From: Octopus sinensis
Lineage: Eukaryota
Assembly (NCBI RefSeq): GCF_006345805.1
Contig: NC_042998.1
Coordinates: 113,708,001 to 113,772,000 of the forward strand
DNA length: 64,000 nt
Direction of reading: 5' to 3'
The notes under the pieces were generated by a model. That model was given only the letters and a program-made list of their open reading frames with translations. It was not told the DNA's origin and ran no database searches. Both the position numbers and the translations under genes were made by a program. This document shows, one piece after another, positions 25,078 through 39,445 of this stretch. The number at the start of each line of letters is the position of its first letter. Position 1 is the stretch's first letter.

Positions 25078-25535
25078 AAAGCGGCGAGCTGGTAGAATCG
25101 TTTGCACGCTGGGCAAAATGCTCAGCCGTATTTCGTCCGTCTTTACATTCTGAGTTGAAATTCCGCTGAGGTCGACTTTGCGTTTCATTCTTTCGGATTC
25201 GATAAAATAAGCACCAGTTGTACTCTGGAGTCGATGTAATCGACTTACACCTTCTCTTCTCTGAAATTGCTGGCCTTGTGCCAAAATGTGAACGCGATAT
25301 CATACCTAGATATAAGGCGGCGACTGGCATAATCGTTAGCATGCCGGGCAAAATGCTTAGCGGCAATTCGTCCCTTAATACGTTTTGTGTTCAATTTCCA
25401 TCGAGGTTGACTTTTGTTTTTCATCCTTTCGGAGTCGATAAAATAAGTACCAGCTGAGCACTGGGGTCGATATAATCGTCTTATTCTCTACCCCGAAATT
25501 GCTGGCCTTGTGCCAAAGATTTGAAACCAATATTA
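25078..25535 (+). mobile_element. Two tandem SINE family B copies (25078-25298, 25315-25535)
   Basis: Each has the head GGCGGCGA(G)CTGG..AATCGTT.GCA, B box G.GTT.AA.TTCC and tail AATTGCTGGCCTTGTGCCAAA. Confidence 0.85.
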
Positions 25536-25865
25536 GACATATCTTTCTATACATGAATTATGACTTTATAAGTGAGTTCAGTTTGACTGTGGTTTTGATA
25601 CTCGTGTTAGTGATGGTAGAGATGATGATTGCAGTGGTTGTTATAGTTGGGATGGTGAACGTTGTGGCGGTGGTGGAGAAGATAGCCGGAAGGGTTTACC
25701 TGATAACACGAGACAATCAGTAATGGAGACACAGAGAAATATATAACGAGGCTGACTTTGGGAAACCTATCGATTAAAAAGCAATTCCTAAAATTACATA
25801 CACATACGCACACACGATACACACACGCACATCACACATTCATATGCATATACATATATAAACAC

Positions 25866-25945
<80 letters not shown>

Positions 25946-26033
25946 GTATATATATACATGCATATATTTGTGTACATATGTATATATATATGTATATATA
26001 TGTGCATATATATATATATATATATATGTATAT

Positions 26034-26080
<47 letters not shown>

Positions 26081-27106
26081 GTGCATATACATATATGTAG
26101 ATAATGTAAATGTAAATGTATATGTATATATGCATATATGTTCATATATATAATATATATAATATATATATATATATATAACATATACTATATACGTTTA
26201 TAATTTATATAAACACATAAAATTATACGTCAACACATACATGTCTGTATATGAATATGTCTACATGTATATATGCACATGCACATATTTGTATACATGT
26301 ATACAAATATATTTATGTGTATTTAAGTATATCTATACACACACACACACATTTTCCCGCACAATCATACGCATATACAGATATGTATGTGCATATGTGT
26401 TGTGACTGTGTGCATGTATGTATACATATTTTGGACAGCGTGTATATATTAATATAAATATATTTATATACATATATACATGTTTACATATACAAATAAA
26501 TATATGTATGTTTGTATACATATCTATAAACATGCATCTATACATACAAAGAATCATATATATCCACCCTCTTGTATGTATGTATGTACGTATGTGTGTA
26601 TGTATGTATGTATGTCTTTGTGCGTGTGTGTGTGCGTGTGTGTATGTATGCATGTATGTATGTATGTACGTATGTGTGTATGTATGTATGTATTTGTGTG
26701 TGTGTGTGTGCGTGTGTGTATACAATAGAAGGGCAAAAAATTATAGGATGTTGAATGAAATGTTGTTACAACACAAATTATTAGTTTTATGTCAGAACGC
26801 ATTAGGTAAAATCAGGAATCAATGTTGTTAAAATGACACCAAGTATAAGTGAGCGGTCGCTGATCCTAGTGTAAATACGTCCTAACGTTAAATATATATT
26901 TATATATTTATGTATATATCTTTATTTAGGTGTTTTTGTACATACGTTTATATGTTTCGTTGTTTATTTTATCGCATCCATTTATATATTTGGCCTGCAA
27001 ACGTATTATTTAGCATTCCAAAATTTTTTCCTTAACTCAGCAGCCAATATATACTTATGTTTATGCTTGTGATATATATACACACACATATGTATGTTAT
27101 TATATA

Positions 27107-27201
<95 letters not shown>

Positions 27202-27499
27202 GTATATATATATACATATATGTGTGCGTGTATATAATATATATATATATTATATGTGTATAGTATATTTATACATACAGTATATAGATATTACATACAT
27301 ACATAGATGCATGTATGTTTCCTCTTAACACACATTCATACACATATATTTGTATAAACTACCATTCTCGTTTCGTTATATTATATTGTTTCGTATTTAT
27401 TGGTTTACATTTGTCCTCAGAAACAGTATATCTATCTATCTATCTATCGATAATCTATCTATCTATATATCTATCTAGTATCTATTATCTATCTATCTG

Positions 27500-27546
<47 letters not shown>

Positions 27547-27626
27547 GTCTATCTATCTGTCTATCTGTCTATCTGTCTATCTACCTGTCTGTCTGTCTGT
27601 CTGTCTGTCTGTATGTCTGTCTGTCT

Positions 27627-28078
27627 GTTCGGGATAAGCTCTACAGGCACGGTTCGAGACATACTGGACCGACTTGCCCGAGATGCGGTCAGAGCGACGA
27701 AACCGTTCTGCACGCACTCGTGCAGTGTCCAACCATTTCGGACCTGTGGGTTTATGCCGAACGGCTGCTATCAGGTGTGGGACGAGTTCGCCTGTCGGCC
27801 GAGTCTATCGTGAAAATTGCACCGCCTCCTTCCCTCAACAGGGAAGGCAAGGCAGTTTTCATCGTACTGGTGGCCATGGTGAAAGAATGTGTGTGGTGGA
27901 CTCGAGCGATTAAAGACAAACACTTACCACTCTGGCCAATCGAAGGTTGAAAAGGCAGATGAGAATGGAGAGGCAGGTTTTGTCTCTTGAAAGTTTCAAA
28001 AAAAGGTGGGTGAATGTAGCAAAGATGGTGCGTGCGAGTGACGAAACCTCTTTGAGCATCATTCTGTAAATCATAAAG

Positions 28079-28112
<34 letters not shown>

Positions 28113-28396
28113 AGAGAGCATTTTGCTCTCATGTGTTTATTTCTTCCCTGCCTGAGGTTACCGTGTTCTTTTCTGTAGGCTTTTCTTTCCACGGATGAAC
28201 CTAATCTTGTTTCTTAAAGAAAAAAATTATTTCTGTGATGCACAATCCCTTTTGATCGCTTTTCTTTTTCGGATCCCTTTGGATCGGAATTTTATATTTG
28301 TTTCCTTTTTTTTCCTTTTTCTTTTTCCATCTTCGAAAAGAAAAGCTCTACATTTGTATTTGTCCCCTCTGTGTTCAGCCCTGTGTAGCCACAAAT
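27627..28396 (+). mobile_element. 5'-truncated Tx1/L1 copy (ORF2 C-terminal Zn finger plus 3'UTR)
   Basis: Translates [41 protein letters not shown]... and aligns to 33802-34650. The 5' junction directly follows (CTAT)n/(CTGT)n. Confidence 0.9.
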
Positions 28397-28541
28397 ATTT
28401 TGTTTTAATCGTTGTGCAAGTTCATTCACTAAAAAACCTGAGAATTATTCACGTAGAATTCGCCCCTGTATGGGCGAATTACAAAAAAACTTTCAAAACT
28501 TTCGGGGTTTTTTAGCCATTTTCATTTTGAACATTTTGAAA

Positions 28542-30826
28542 ATGGAACTAGAAACCACGTGGCTAGCCCGCCAGTCATTGCAGAACGGTAGCAAAAAACT
28601 ATTGCTACCACTGGCTACTAAACATCGCAGCGTGAACACCGCTGTCACCACCATCACCACCACCACCAACAACAACAACAACAAATCTAACGCCGCACTC
28701 ACCATCGCCACTGGCCACCACGAGGCTGAGTTGCAAGTGAAGCGTGCGCACGCAGAAACAGAAAAACAGGATGCTCTGTTAGCATACGCCGAACCTGACA
28801 ACTCCACCACCATCAACAGCAACAAATACAAAACAAAGGTCGCAAGGCCAAGCACCGTCAACACCATCAGTGAGTCAACCACACAACCAACACCATGCCA
28901 GAATTGCTACTAAAACTGCTATCCCTACTAAAGATATCGCCACCAATACAAACACCAGCATCACCATCACCGCACCAAAGACCGTGCCGTCAATGCTACT
29001 ACTACTACCAACACACCGCCGTCACCAAGAACGACAATAACAACAAACAACAACAACAACCAACAACGACGACAACAACAATTCCCTTCAACCACTGCTC
29101 ACTCCATCACCAACAAGTGAAAAAATAACGACGACAGCAAACGAAATGCCGAAAATTGCGCTAATGCAGGACTAAAATACGCAGGCAATTTTCCACCCCT
29201 TGCTAGTTGCATAATCAGCAACCACAAACCTACAACCCACACCATGCCATCACACCAACACCACCGGCAGTAAACAACAATAACAAAAAACAACAAACTT
29301 CGCCGAGGCGATAAAAGAAAAGGTAACAAAAGTTTCGTTTACTACACAACAGATTAAAGATTGCAGAAACCTTATTACAAATCAAAACGGAAAAATACTC
29401 TTACACATACCTCAGCCATGAGAATGAGGAGAAATTGTATATAAAATCAAAAATAAAAAAACAAAAAGTCCAGAAAAGGCAAGCACAGACAAAGTCGAAA
29501 AGTGCTTACGCCCCATCTGGGGATACAAGGATTGTGTGACTTGGGCGAACAAGTTCGCACACGTACAGGTGGTTTTTCAGAATGAAGAGTTGGCGAAGAA
29601 ATTCTCAACGATAACCCTTCATTCTGATGAACTAACGTTGACACCGAGTTACCTCGGCCAGAAGGTGACGAAAGTCATTATCAGTGGTGTCCCCAAGTGA
29701 CTACAACACTGTGGATTACATCCGCATTAACATCCGAAATGGAGGACTTAAACATCCTAGATATCGGTGTTTCGGAAAACAAGGACTGGCTGGGAAAGAG
29801 AATAGAGTTCCTCTTCCACATAGTCAAGAGGACATAAATAAAATCCCCACCCACGTACATCTTGAGGATGGCCGCAAGTTATACGTAGTAGTCGAGGGCA
29901 GAAGGCCACGATGCTATACATGTGGCAGTGAGGCACACCTCAAAAAGGAGTGCAAATCTGCCGCAAAATTACAACAACAACAACAGCCCAGGAAAAATCA
30001 CAAAAGCCAGGATTATGGCCACACACCAATATGGACAGCTAGTCAAGAAGCTGTATGCGGAAATGCAGGAAAAACAACAAAGAACAAGCCAACCAAACCA
30101 ACAACAACACCAACACCAGCGCCAAGAACAGAATCATCACCACCAAAAACAAATAAACCAATCCAACACCAAGAACGACAGCAAAACCCAAAGGAACAGA
30201 AAAACAAAGAAAACACACACAAACTGATCCCCCATCCCTTATACCGCACTCAACACACACAAACACTCAACAACCAACAACAACGAAAACAACAACACAA
30301 CCACTTACACAGACATACATAGAAGCCCACAACATACCCCTACCCCCTCTGATTCCTCAGAAATTTCGTCGGAAGACGAAACCAGTGAGGAATGGCAAAT
30401 AGCTACAAAAAGAAGGAAAATAAAGAGCAGAAACACAACCAAACCAAATGCAAACACGAACAAAGCAGGGGAAATACATCTCCGAAGACATTTCAAAACC
30501 CAACGCAAACAACAGCCACACCCAACCACAAAAACATATACAGCAAACATGCTCACAGCCATAGACACCAAAAACACAATTTGATGGAATACATCCAATC
30601 AAAAACAAACATAACAGAAGAGGACATAAAAACAAACAATCCCCATACACAACACCACCAGACCACATCAAATATTACCACTCTCCAAAAGTCTGCACCA
30701 ACACTCAAAGGCATTTTCCCCAGTGCGGTTGGTAAATGCCAAAAATATCTCACAAAGAAACTGTACTGGGATCTTCTCGAGGACAACCAACGGAGGAGAA
30801 AGCAAAAACTTTCGAGCAGTAAGTAA
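28542..30826 (+). pseudogene. Tx1/L1 ORF1 (gag-like), frameshifted
   Basis: ATG at 28542 (MELETTWL...). Contains LYVVVEGRRPR-CYTCGSEAHLKKEC (CX2CX4HX4C, 29912-29953) and Thr/Gln/Asn-rich linkers, spread over several frames. Confidence 0.8.
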
Positions 30827-30853
30827 CCCTCTGTATTCTAATTCATTAGAACT

Positions 30854-33800
30854 ATGATCAAGATTGGTTGTGTAAATGCGCGTGGCTTGGGGTCCCCTGA
30901 AACAAGGGTACCTCTTAAATGACATAAAGTCACATAAGTTACAAATCATAGCCATAAGCGAGACCAGACTCCACAATCCGCGGGCCCTAAAGACCATGTT
31001 TGGCGGACAGTTCAACATTTATTTTTCCCCCTGTCTGCCGAGAATGGGCGGTAGTGGCACCGCGGTACTTTTTCACAAGAGTCTGGATCTCAAAGTAAGG
31101 ACAATATTCGTAGACCCGGAGGGTAGACTGGTCGTCCTGGATGTCGACGGCAGCAATGGGTGCGCTTTCGACTCGTATCAGTTTACGCACCGCCCTTAAC
31201 AGGTCGGGCGGATTTCTTTCAACGTCTAGAAGTTTTCTTGGAACGTCTCGTCCTTTACTCTTAGTGGGGGATTGGAATGCTACCTTGGACACGCATGTAG
31301 ACTACGTGGGTAGAGATAGGAATAGACGGGGATGCAAATGCCTCAGAGACCTGCTCAGACGCTTTCAACTGTCTGACAGGTTCCGACTAGACCACCCGAA
31401 TGCGCCAACGTGGACATGGAGCAACCGCATCGGGTCGTCGAGATCGTATCTAGATAGGATACTGTGTAGGACAGTAGATAGAGATAGCATAGGATGTCCA
31501 CATTTCCACATAGTCAGCTACACGGATCACAAACTTGTGACATGTACGCTAGACTTAGGTAAGACACTTAGGCAGGGTCCCGGATACTGGAAACTAAACG
31601 CGTCTTTCCCATCGAGAAGGTTCAGAGACCGGATTAGCACACTAGTAAAGAGGGCTTTGACGGGAGCCATCATCAACAAAATGGTGGTTTGCCCTCAAGA
31701 GAGCAGTAAAAGCAGAAGCGATTAGGTACAGCAAAGCACTAGCCATAGATAGAAATAGAGTAGAGGGTGAGCTAGTTAAGAAGCTAGAAGAGGCAATTAG
31801 AAGCGGCATCGCATCCGACGTTTTGGCGGCGAGGTTGGCCCTCGACCAACACTTCAACGCCAAACACGAGGATGTGCTGTCAGAGCTAGGATGCGTGCTC
31901 TAAGGAACGAAGGTGTTGAGGGAGCCGCGAGAGAGGCCCGGGTGGCAGAGGCGCAACAGGGCAACCAAGCCACCATTCGGTCACTGGTAGATGAACAGGG
32001 GCGCGAATTGCTCGAGCCAAGTAAAATGTGTGAGCCTTTCAGCAACATTTTGCCCGACTGTTCGGAACGAGTGGAGGGCAAGAACGTAGGGTGGACTTCA
32101 GTGCCTACCTACATAGCCTACCACGACTCTCGACAAGAAAGGCAGGGTGCTGCGAAGGTGCCATCACGGCGGCGGAAGTGCGGGAAGCGATGGCAGAATG
32201 CTCGAGGGACAAATCACCGGGTTTGGATGGTCTACCCTACGAGCTTTACAATTGTATGCCAGACTTGTTTGGAGATCTCTTGGCGGCGGTGTACTGCAAC
32301 TGGCAGCAAAACGGGAGCATTCCTGGTTTTTGTGAGCCGAGGAGCGTAACACTGCTGAAGAAGATCTAAACAAGGGAATGTAAAGATAACTTTAGGCCCA
32401 TCACTCTGCTTAATGCAGACTTGAAAATTTTGGCCAAGGTGGTTAGCCAAGGGGTTGCGCTTGTCATCGAGAAACTGGTCGACAAGGCGCAAACATGCGC
32501 CGTGCCAGCCGGACCATCCATGACAACCTCCATCTGCGCTACATCATAGACAGGGTAGTTAACGAACCTGGCATGGGTGGGGCCCTGATCAACTTGGATC
32601 AATCGAAAGCCTTTGATAGGGTAGACCATCGATACTTGGAGGCAGTCCTGAGAGCGGCTGGTTTCGGTCCCGTCTTCCGCGGCTGGATAGCTGCCTTGTA
32701 CAGAGGCATCCGTTCGGTAATTCGCGTAAATGGACATCTATCGAGACCTTTCGACATTGCACGTTCGGTCCGTCAGGGATGCCCCCTCTCGGCGCTTCTA
32801 TACGTATTGACTTGATCTTGAGCACTACTGCGGAAGCTGGCGACTCTAAGGGGCATCCCGCGAGAATTGGGATGCGGGACGAGCGTGTCTGCATACGCGG
32901 ACGACGTCACCGTCATAGTGTCAAGCCACGAGCACATCGAGCTGGTCGGTGAGACACTGAAAAACTACGAAGCGGTGACAGGAGCGAAAATCAACCGGGA
33001 AAAGTCAGTGGGCTTGCGACTAGGCACCTGGAGAAGCAAGCCCATGCCGTCACCAGCGCCTCCGTCGTGGGACGCTGGACCGACGGCCCGGTTGAGTTGC
33101 TCGGGGTCTGGTTTGGTCCGGACCTCCAAGTGGAGAAGAACTGGACGAGATAACGAGTAGGGTGGTCACTCTCGCCCGGCAATGGGCCGAGAGGAAACTG
33201 TCCCTAAAAGGTCGAGCGGAGGTGGCGAACACGTACATCGCGTCCGTCATCTACTACCGCCTGACCGTCGTACCTTGTCCCGACCCTACCATCACCAAAC
33301 TACAACGCATCCTCTTTCGCTTCTTGTGGAAAGGATGCGTCCCGATGGTCAGGCGATCCATTTGCTGTCAACACCCGTTAAAAGGAGGGCTGGGCATGCC
33401 GTGGTTGATGATGCGCAGACACGCGCTGAGACTGCGACATCTCTGGCTCTATGTAGACGACGGTGAACAGGTGTGGTCGCCGTTTGTGAGGCACGCTTTC
33501 CCGCAGCTCGTCTCCATGACCGAACTGCAGTCAAAAAGAGGCCGAGGAAGGGCGAATGGCACCGCGAGTGTCGCGTTGCTCTCAAGCAACTCTGCCGTCC
33601 TGGGTCGACCTTAAGTGACTTCAACACAACCAAAGCATTCTATAGGGGTTTAGTGGAGGGGAGGTACGACGACGAGCTCGGGGCGAACCTGGACGTCGAC
33701 GAGGAGTACCTGACCCGCCTGTTCGGGACGACTTTCGGGCCAGGGCCCATGGACAACTTCCAGAGATCCCTGGCCTGGCAGTGCTACCGAGAAGCGCTAC

Positions 33801-34265
33801 CCGTTCGGGATAAGCTCTACAGACACGGCTCGAGAACACGGGGCCGACCTGCCCGAGATGCGGTCAGAGCGACGAAACCGTTCTGCACGCACTCGTTCAG
33901 TGTCCAACAATTCCGACCTGTGGGCTTATGTCGAACAACTGCTGTCACGTGTGGGACGAGTCGGTTTATCAGCTGAGTCTATCGTCAATATTGTCACGCC
34001 TCCTTCCTTCAAACGGGAAGGAAGAGCTATTTTCATCATCCTTGTGGCTATGGCGAAAGAATGTATCTGGGGACGCGTCTGAAAGGATTGGAGACAAACA
34101 CTTTCCTCTCTGGTCAATCTCTCATCAACTTCTTCAAGTACCACTTGAAAGGAAGTGAGAGTAGAGAGGCAAGTTTTGTCTAGCGAATGTTTTAAAAAAA
34201 GATGGGTGAATGTAGCAAGAATGGCACGTATGAATGACGAAGCCACCTTGAGCATAGTCCTATGA
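30854..34265 (+). pseudogene. Tx1/L1 ORF2 (APE endonuclease plus reverse transcriptase), frameshifted
   Basis: APE motifs: MIKIGCVNARGL, IAISETRL, VGDWNATLD, SYLDRIL, YTDHKLV, GPGYWKLNAS. RT motifs: KSPGLDGLPYELY, NFRPITLLNADLKILAKV, LDQSKAFDRVDH, VRQGCPLS, AYADDVT. Downstream: [25 protein letters not shown]. Ends with TGA at 34263-34265. Confidence 0.93.
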
Positions 34266-34660
34266 ACCCAGAAATCGAAAACAGAGAGTTGCTTATTTGC
34301 AAAAAAAAAAAAAAAAAAGAAGAAATATAAAATGTGACTTCATTGACCGAGGTTACCGTGGTCTTTTCCGCAGGCTTTTCTTTCCACGGGTAAACCTCAC
34401 CTGTCCTCCCCTTTACACTTCATATTGACATTTCTGTGATAACGATCCCTATTGATCAATTTTTTTTCGTCTCCCCCTTTTTTTTTTTTTTTTTTTTTAA
34501 CACCCCCCTTTTTTTTGTCCTCTTTCTCTCCTTTTACGATCCCCTTTGATCGAAACTCCCCTTTCCTTTTTTTTTTTTTTTTTTTTAAACCTTCAAAAGA
34601 AAAGCTCTACCTTGTAATTTGTTCTATCGTGTGCAGCCCTGTGTGGCTAATAAAGAAACA

Positions 34661-34717
34661 TATCTATCTATCTATCTATCTCTCTATCTCTCTATCTACT
34701 TACCTACTTATCAGTCA

Positions 34718-34753
<36 letters not shown>

Positions 34754-34783
34754 ACCTACCTACCTACCTACCTACCTACCTAC

Positions 34784-34844
<61 letters not shown>

Positions 34845-34845
34845 A

Positions 34846-34897
<52 letters not shown>

Positions 34898-34931
34898 ACC
34901 TAACTACCTACCTACCTAGACCTAATCCTAC

Positions 34932-35022
<91 letters not shown>
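34661..35022. repeat. (TATC)n/(TACC)n compound microsatellite
   Basis: Direct reading. Confidence 0.95.
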
Positions 35023-35026
<4 letters not shown>

Positions 35027-35127
35027 TCCTCTAGGCATCAATCTGTTTATGTCACTATCAGTTTCTCCGTTCCTCAATTGTCTCTGTAAAAATATTCTCT
35101 CTTCCTCGCACTTTCTCTCTCTCTCTG

Positions 35128-35162
<35 letters not shown>

Positions 35163-35657
35163 CATACACACATACACACATATGTCATAGCTCGCATACT
35201 TCATTATTTATGCAAACATTTGTACAGCACTGGCGGCGAAAAGTTCCTCGCTGAAGGTGTTTATGTAAAGTATCGAGTGTAGTTCTTGTATTCCTGTTTG
35301 AGTATGTGCAACCAGAGGAAGCCATTTTCACGTGGAGCACGTAGTTTTTTTTCTCCTAAGAATATTCCATTCGGTTGGTTATAAAATGACTATTTTTCGG
35401 TTCATTCACCTGCTTCCGACTGCTAGCTCGTGAAAGATATTATATAATTTGCGCCGAACTATATATGTAATCTTCGAACTAGAACATTCTGCAGCGGAAG
35501 TCCTGCCAGGAGGTTAGTTCTAGTTCTAGTATATCGCACAAACGATAACGCAACAGTTATCACGGCTACAAACGAAATTAAGCCATGTACACCCACACAC
35601 AAGACCGCCACAAGTAATGAACTCAGGATGACCACCACTGCAGCCGAGTCGTCCATC

Positions 35658-35800
35658 ACACCAATTCTACTGATGAACATCAGAGGCCTCTTGCAAAACA
35701 ACAGCAAGTGCAAAATTGCATACCTGGGAGAACTGTTTGCATGCATTCAAGTATTGCACTCACAGAGACTTATCTGTCTGTAGACATACATGCAAACGTG
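35658..35800 (+). mobile_element. LINE APE endonuclease N-terminal fragment (CR1/L2-like group)
   Basis: TPILLMNIRGLLQNNSKCKIAYLGEL / SIALTETYLSVDIH, matching the APE motifs NIRGL and IALTETWL, with one frameshift. Confidence 0.65.
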
Positions 35801-36447
35801 GCCCTGTTTACATTACACTTCGTCACGACCTGTTACCATTTTTTAAACATATCCGTTAGATTTTTATTTTTATTTTTATGTTATAGTTTACTGCAATTAT
35901 AGACGTGCATACACATTGATTTGTCTGTCTTTTTTTCTCTTTCGTCTCTCTCACAATTATTATTACTGTTATTTTTTCCTTTTACAATTTGCTTGTAAAT
36001 ATCTGATTTTTCCCTATTACCCCTTTTATATTCTCCCTTATTGTATCTTACTTTACTTTATTCTATTAAACCTTTTTCGATGTCCTACCAAAAGTTCTTC
36101 ACTCTGATGAGAATGACAATGCATAAATTTAATTATAATTACTATGATTATAATTTTTTCTTACATATTTGTATTGTTCTTTGAAACGCGCGTATGCATT
36201 GAATCTTACTTTGTATTAAATCTAATTTTGATGCAACATTTTTTTCTCCTCCATTTTTCTATAATTTTATGGTATATTTATACCTATAACGATATTTTTC
36301 AACTACTATTTTCATATTCTTACTACTTGCTCTGGCTGTTTTTTATGAGTATGATGAATCCTTATTTGAAATCATTCTTTTTCTTTCTTTTCTCTATTTT
36401 GGACCTCTCAAAAAGTTTGAATTGTTCTTTTTTGAACTTATTCCCCT

Positions 36448-36521
<74 letters not shown>

Positions 36522-36528
36522 ATATATA

Positions 36529-36566
<38 letters not shown>

Positions 36567-36589
36567 TTGTATTTGTGTAACATTGTCCG

Positions 36590-36880
36590 TTTTTTCCGTC
36601 CTTGCCTTTGTATACATTCGCATCTTTCTTCCAAGGAATCTAATGCTCTTAGCTTAGTTTTTCCTTGGAGGTCGCCAGATTGGAGCAATCTCAAGAATAA
36701 TCAGCCGAAATTGGGCGGATAATCTGGTGCTTGACTGAAGAAAGAAAACTTCGAATGACCCGTACTTGTTTTCTTCGTATCGTCTATCTGGATATTTTGT
36801 TGTCTTTTTTTGTATCACCTAGCTGTCCGGATGTTTTGCGTTCTTGTCCCATTTTATATATACATATGTATGCATATTTA
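36590..36880. mobile_element. Diverged relative of the 14461-15256 terminal repeat
   Basis: Shares TACACATTCGC...TCTAATGCTCTTAGCTTAG...CCAGAT...TCTCAAG...CCGAAA...CTTGACTGA.GAAAGAA. Confidence 0.55.
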
Positions 36881-37300
36881 TATATATTTTGATGAGTATA
36901 TAAACTCTGAACACCAGGTCACTTACAAAAACCGCGCAAAATGCATTAAAGATACTATTCTAAGGGCAACAAATCGATATGGCCTCAAAGTAATGAATAA
37001 ATCTACAAATGCATGTGCTTGTAATATATAGAAATGCATAAATTCCATTTCATATTTGTACATATTTCTACGCACCTTTACACACCTGTACATATACGTA
37101 CATTTAATATAATCGTAATTTGGTAACAGCATTTCAAAAATGTTTTTATACTGATGTTTCATGCTTCAAAAGGAAACAAAAGCACAGTTTTCTCCTGTTA
37201 TCTCAACAACACATATATTGTTTTCAATCAAATTACTATTGAAAATATACAGCTAACTGACATCCACCTATACATGTATACTCTATTAAGTGTTCATCAC

Positions 37301-37351
<51 letters not shown>

Positions 37352-38699
37352 ATATATATATACATATATATGCGATTGCTTTCCAAGCATGTCACAAACT
37401 TTAGTGATTGACAGGTATGCAGATTGAATTTTTTTCTTTTATATATGGAATATCGAAGAGAACACTGTAGTTTCTAGATATAAAACATAAATACTGTATT
37501 ATATAAACAGAAGCATACCGCGAAATCTGTCATTTCTTTGAGTGACCAATGGCCATTTTCTTTTTACAATATTAAAAAAAACCCATACAAACGTGACATA
37601 CAAGACTAACAATACAAACATATGCACACATATATGTATAGCTATATGAATGTGTGTATATGTATATAAATACACACACACACACACACACACACCACAT
37701 ATATATATATATATATCAAGGAATGCTTACGTTTGCTCTTTTGAGGAAATGATGCGCACACAAATCTCTTTCTTTTGATGTGTTTTTTTGTCATTCTTCA
37801 ACGACTGATATACTTAAGTACATCCACATATACTTACCTGCATGCATACATACATACATACATATGTACATACATACATACATACTTGCATGCATGCGTG
37901 AATATATATATACATGCATACAAATATACATACATATATGCATACATACATACATGCATGCATGGATGCATACATGCATGGATGCATACATGCATACACA
38001 CATGCATACAAATATACATACATACATACAAATATACATCCATGCATACATACATACAAATATACATACATACATGCATACATACACACACACCTACACG
38101 CACACGCATACATATCTCATGAGCATCCATTATACATTGTACATTCTATTTGTGGCACAAATTTGACAGCAAATTTTTCTGAGAATGGGGGAAGAGCAGA
38201 TTCTCAGAGTGAGTTATTTACGTCACTTTACATTCTATATACAATCTTCGCTGTGGTTGATAAAATCTCCCCAAATCACACAATAAGTTTTCAGCTAGGA
38301 ACTGTGATGTACTGATCTTGATTAAATTCACTTCCCTTCTTCTCCATAATGCGTGGAAGGAAATTGTAAATTCTGTTGTTAGGTTAGTGAGTTCGAATCT
38401 GCTTAAATTTAACTTCATATTTTTATCTCAACGCATAACAGAAAAACTAGACAAGCCCTGTGGGTAATATAACCGAATGCTATCATCGACCTAAATGTAC
38501 CTTGGTTGGACATTCTTCATATGTACTGTATCATCTAACTGTATACATACATACATCTTATATACATACACACATACGTACATACGTACCTACGTACATA
38601 CATCCTACATACATACATACATACATACATACATACATACATACATACATACATACATACATACATACATACATACATCTTACTTGTCGGCAGCGAGCT

Positions 38700-39445
38700 C
38701 CTCAGGAAACACTCTCTTCCTGATGACCTCCCATACAACTCCCAAAAAGCCGGACTAACATATCTCAAAGATCTGGACGTGAAACACTCAGCATACAAAA
38801 AAAAAAAAAGACATGCATGAGTATGTCTCCCGAAGACTTGAAGAAAACAGCAATATTGATATGAAGTGAAGCCTCTCTTGAACTCATGATCGTTACATCA
38901 CATCACACATGGAAGGCTAAGCATTTGCAATCCAAGAACAAGAGATTGCTGCTAAATACCTAATCAACAAAAGATGCAAACAAAAATTATGTCTGTGAAA
39001 GACATCACATATGTTATTAGCAGCTGCCCGAAAATGTCATCAAGGCACAACTGCCCTCATGCGATATGGTGTTGTTGCAAAAACAATACGCAATGACATT
39101 CGGAAAAAAAGACTATCCTGGAACAAATATAGAGAATTCCCTATTATTGAATACGTACACAAACATCAGCACAAAGAACTAGTGAAACATTTCTATCAAA
39201 ACCTCGGTCAAGTGTAAGCGTAACAGGCCGGACATTGTTGTTTGGGACAGACATAACACAGTATGTACGTTGTAGAAGACAGCTGTCATGCTGATCTGAA
39301 TATCACTTTGAAAAATAAATAAATAAAAAGAAATAAAGAGGATAGCTATGGAAAACTGCTTAGACATCTTCAGCTTCGATATCTAGATTACAAGTTTTCA
39401 TTTATACCAATAATAATTGGTGCACTTGGTTTTGTAAAGTCTGCC
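38700..39445 (+). mobile_element. Degenerate R4/Dong-clade fragment (Zn knuckle plus RLE endonuclease)
   Basis: AFAIQEQEIAAKYLINKRC; DITYVISSCPKMS; LMRYGVVAKTI; KCKRNRPDIVVWD; EDSCHADLNITLK; KEDSYGKLLRHLQLRYLDYKFSFIPIIIGALGFVK. Several stops and frameshifts. Confidence 0.8.

Larger units (their letters stand above)
28397..34660 (+). mobile_element. Near-full-length L1/Tx1-clade non-LTR retrotransposon
   Basis: ~145-bp 5'UTR, ORF1 with CCHC knuckle, ORF2 with APE, RT and C-terminal Zn motif, T-rich 3'UTR with AATAAA (34649-34654), then (TATC)n. Confidence 0.93.
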
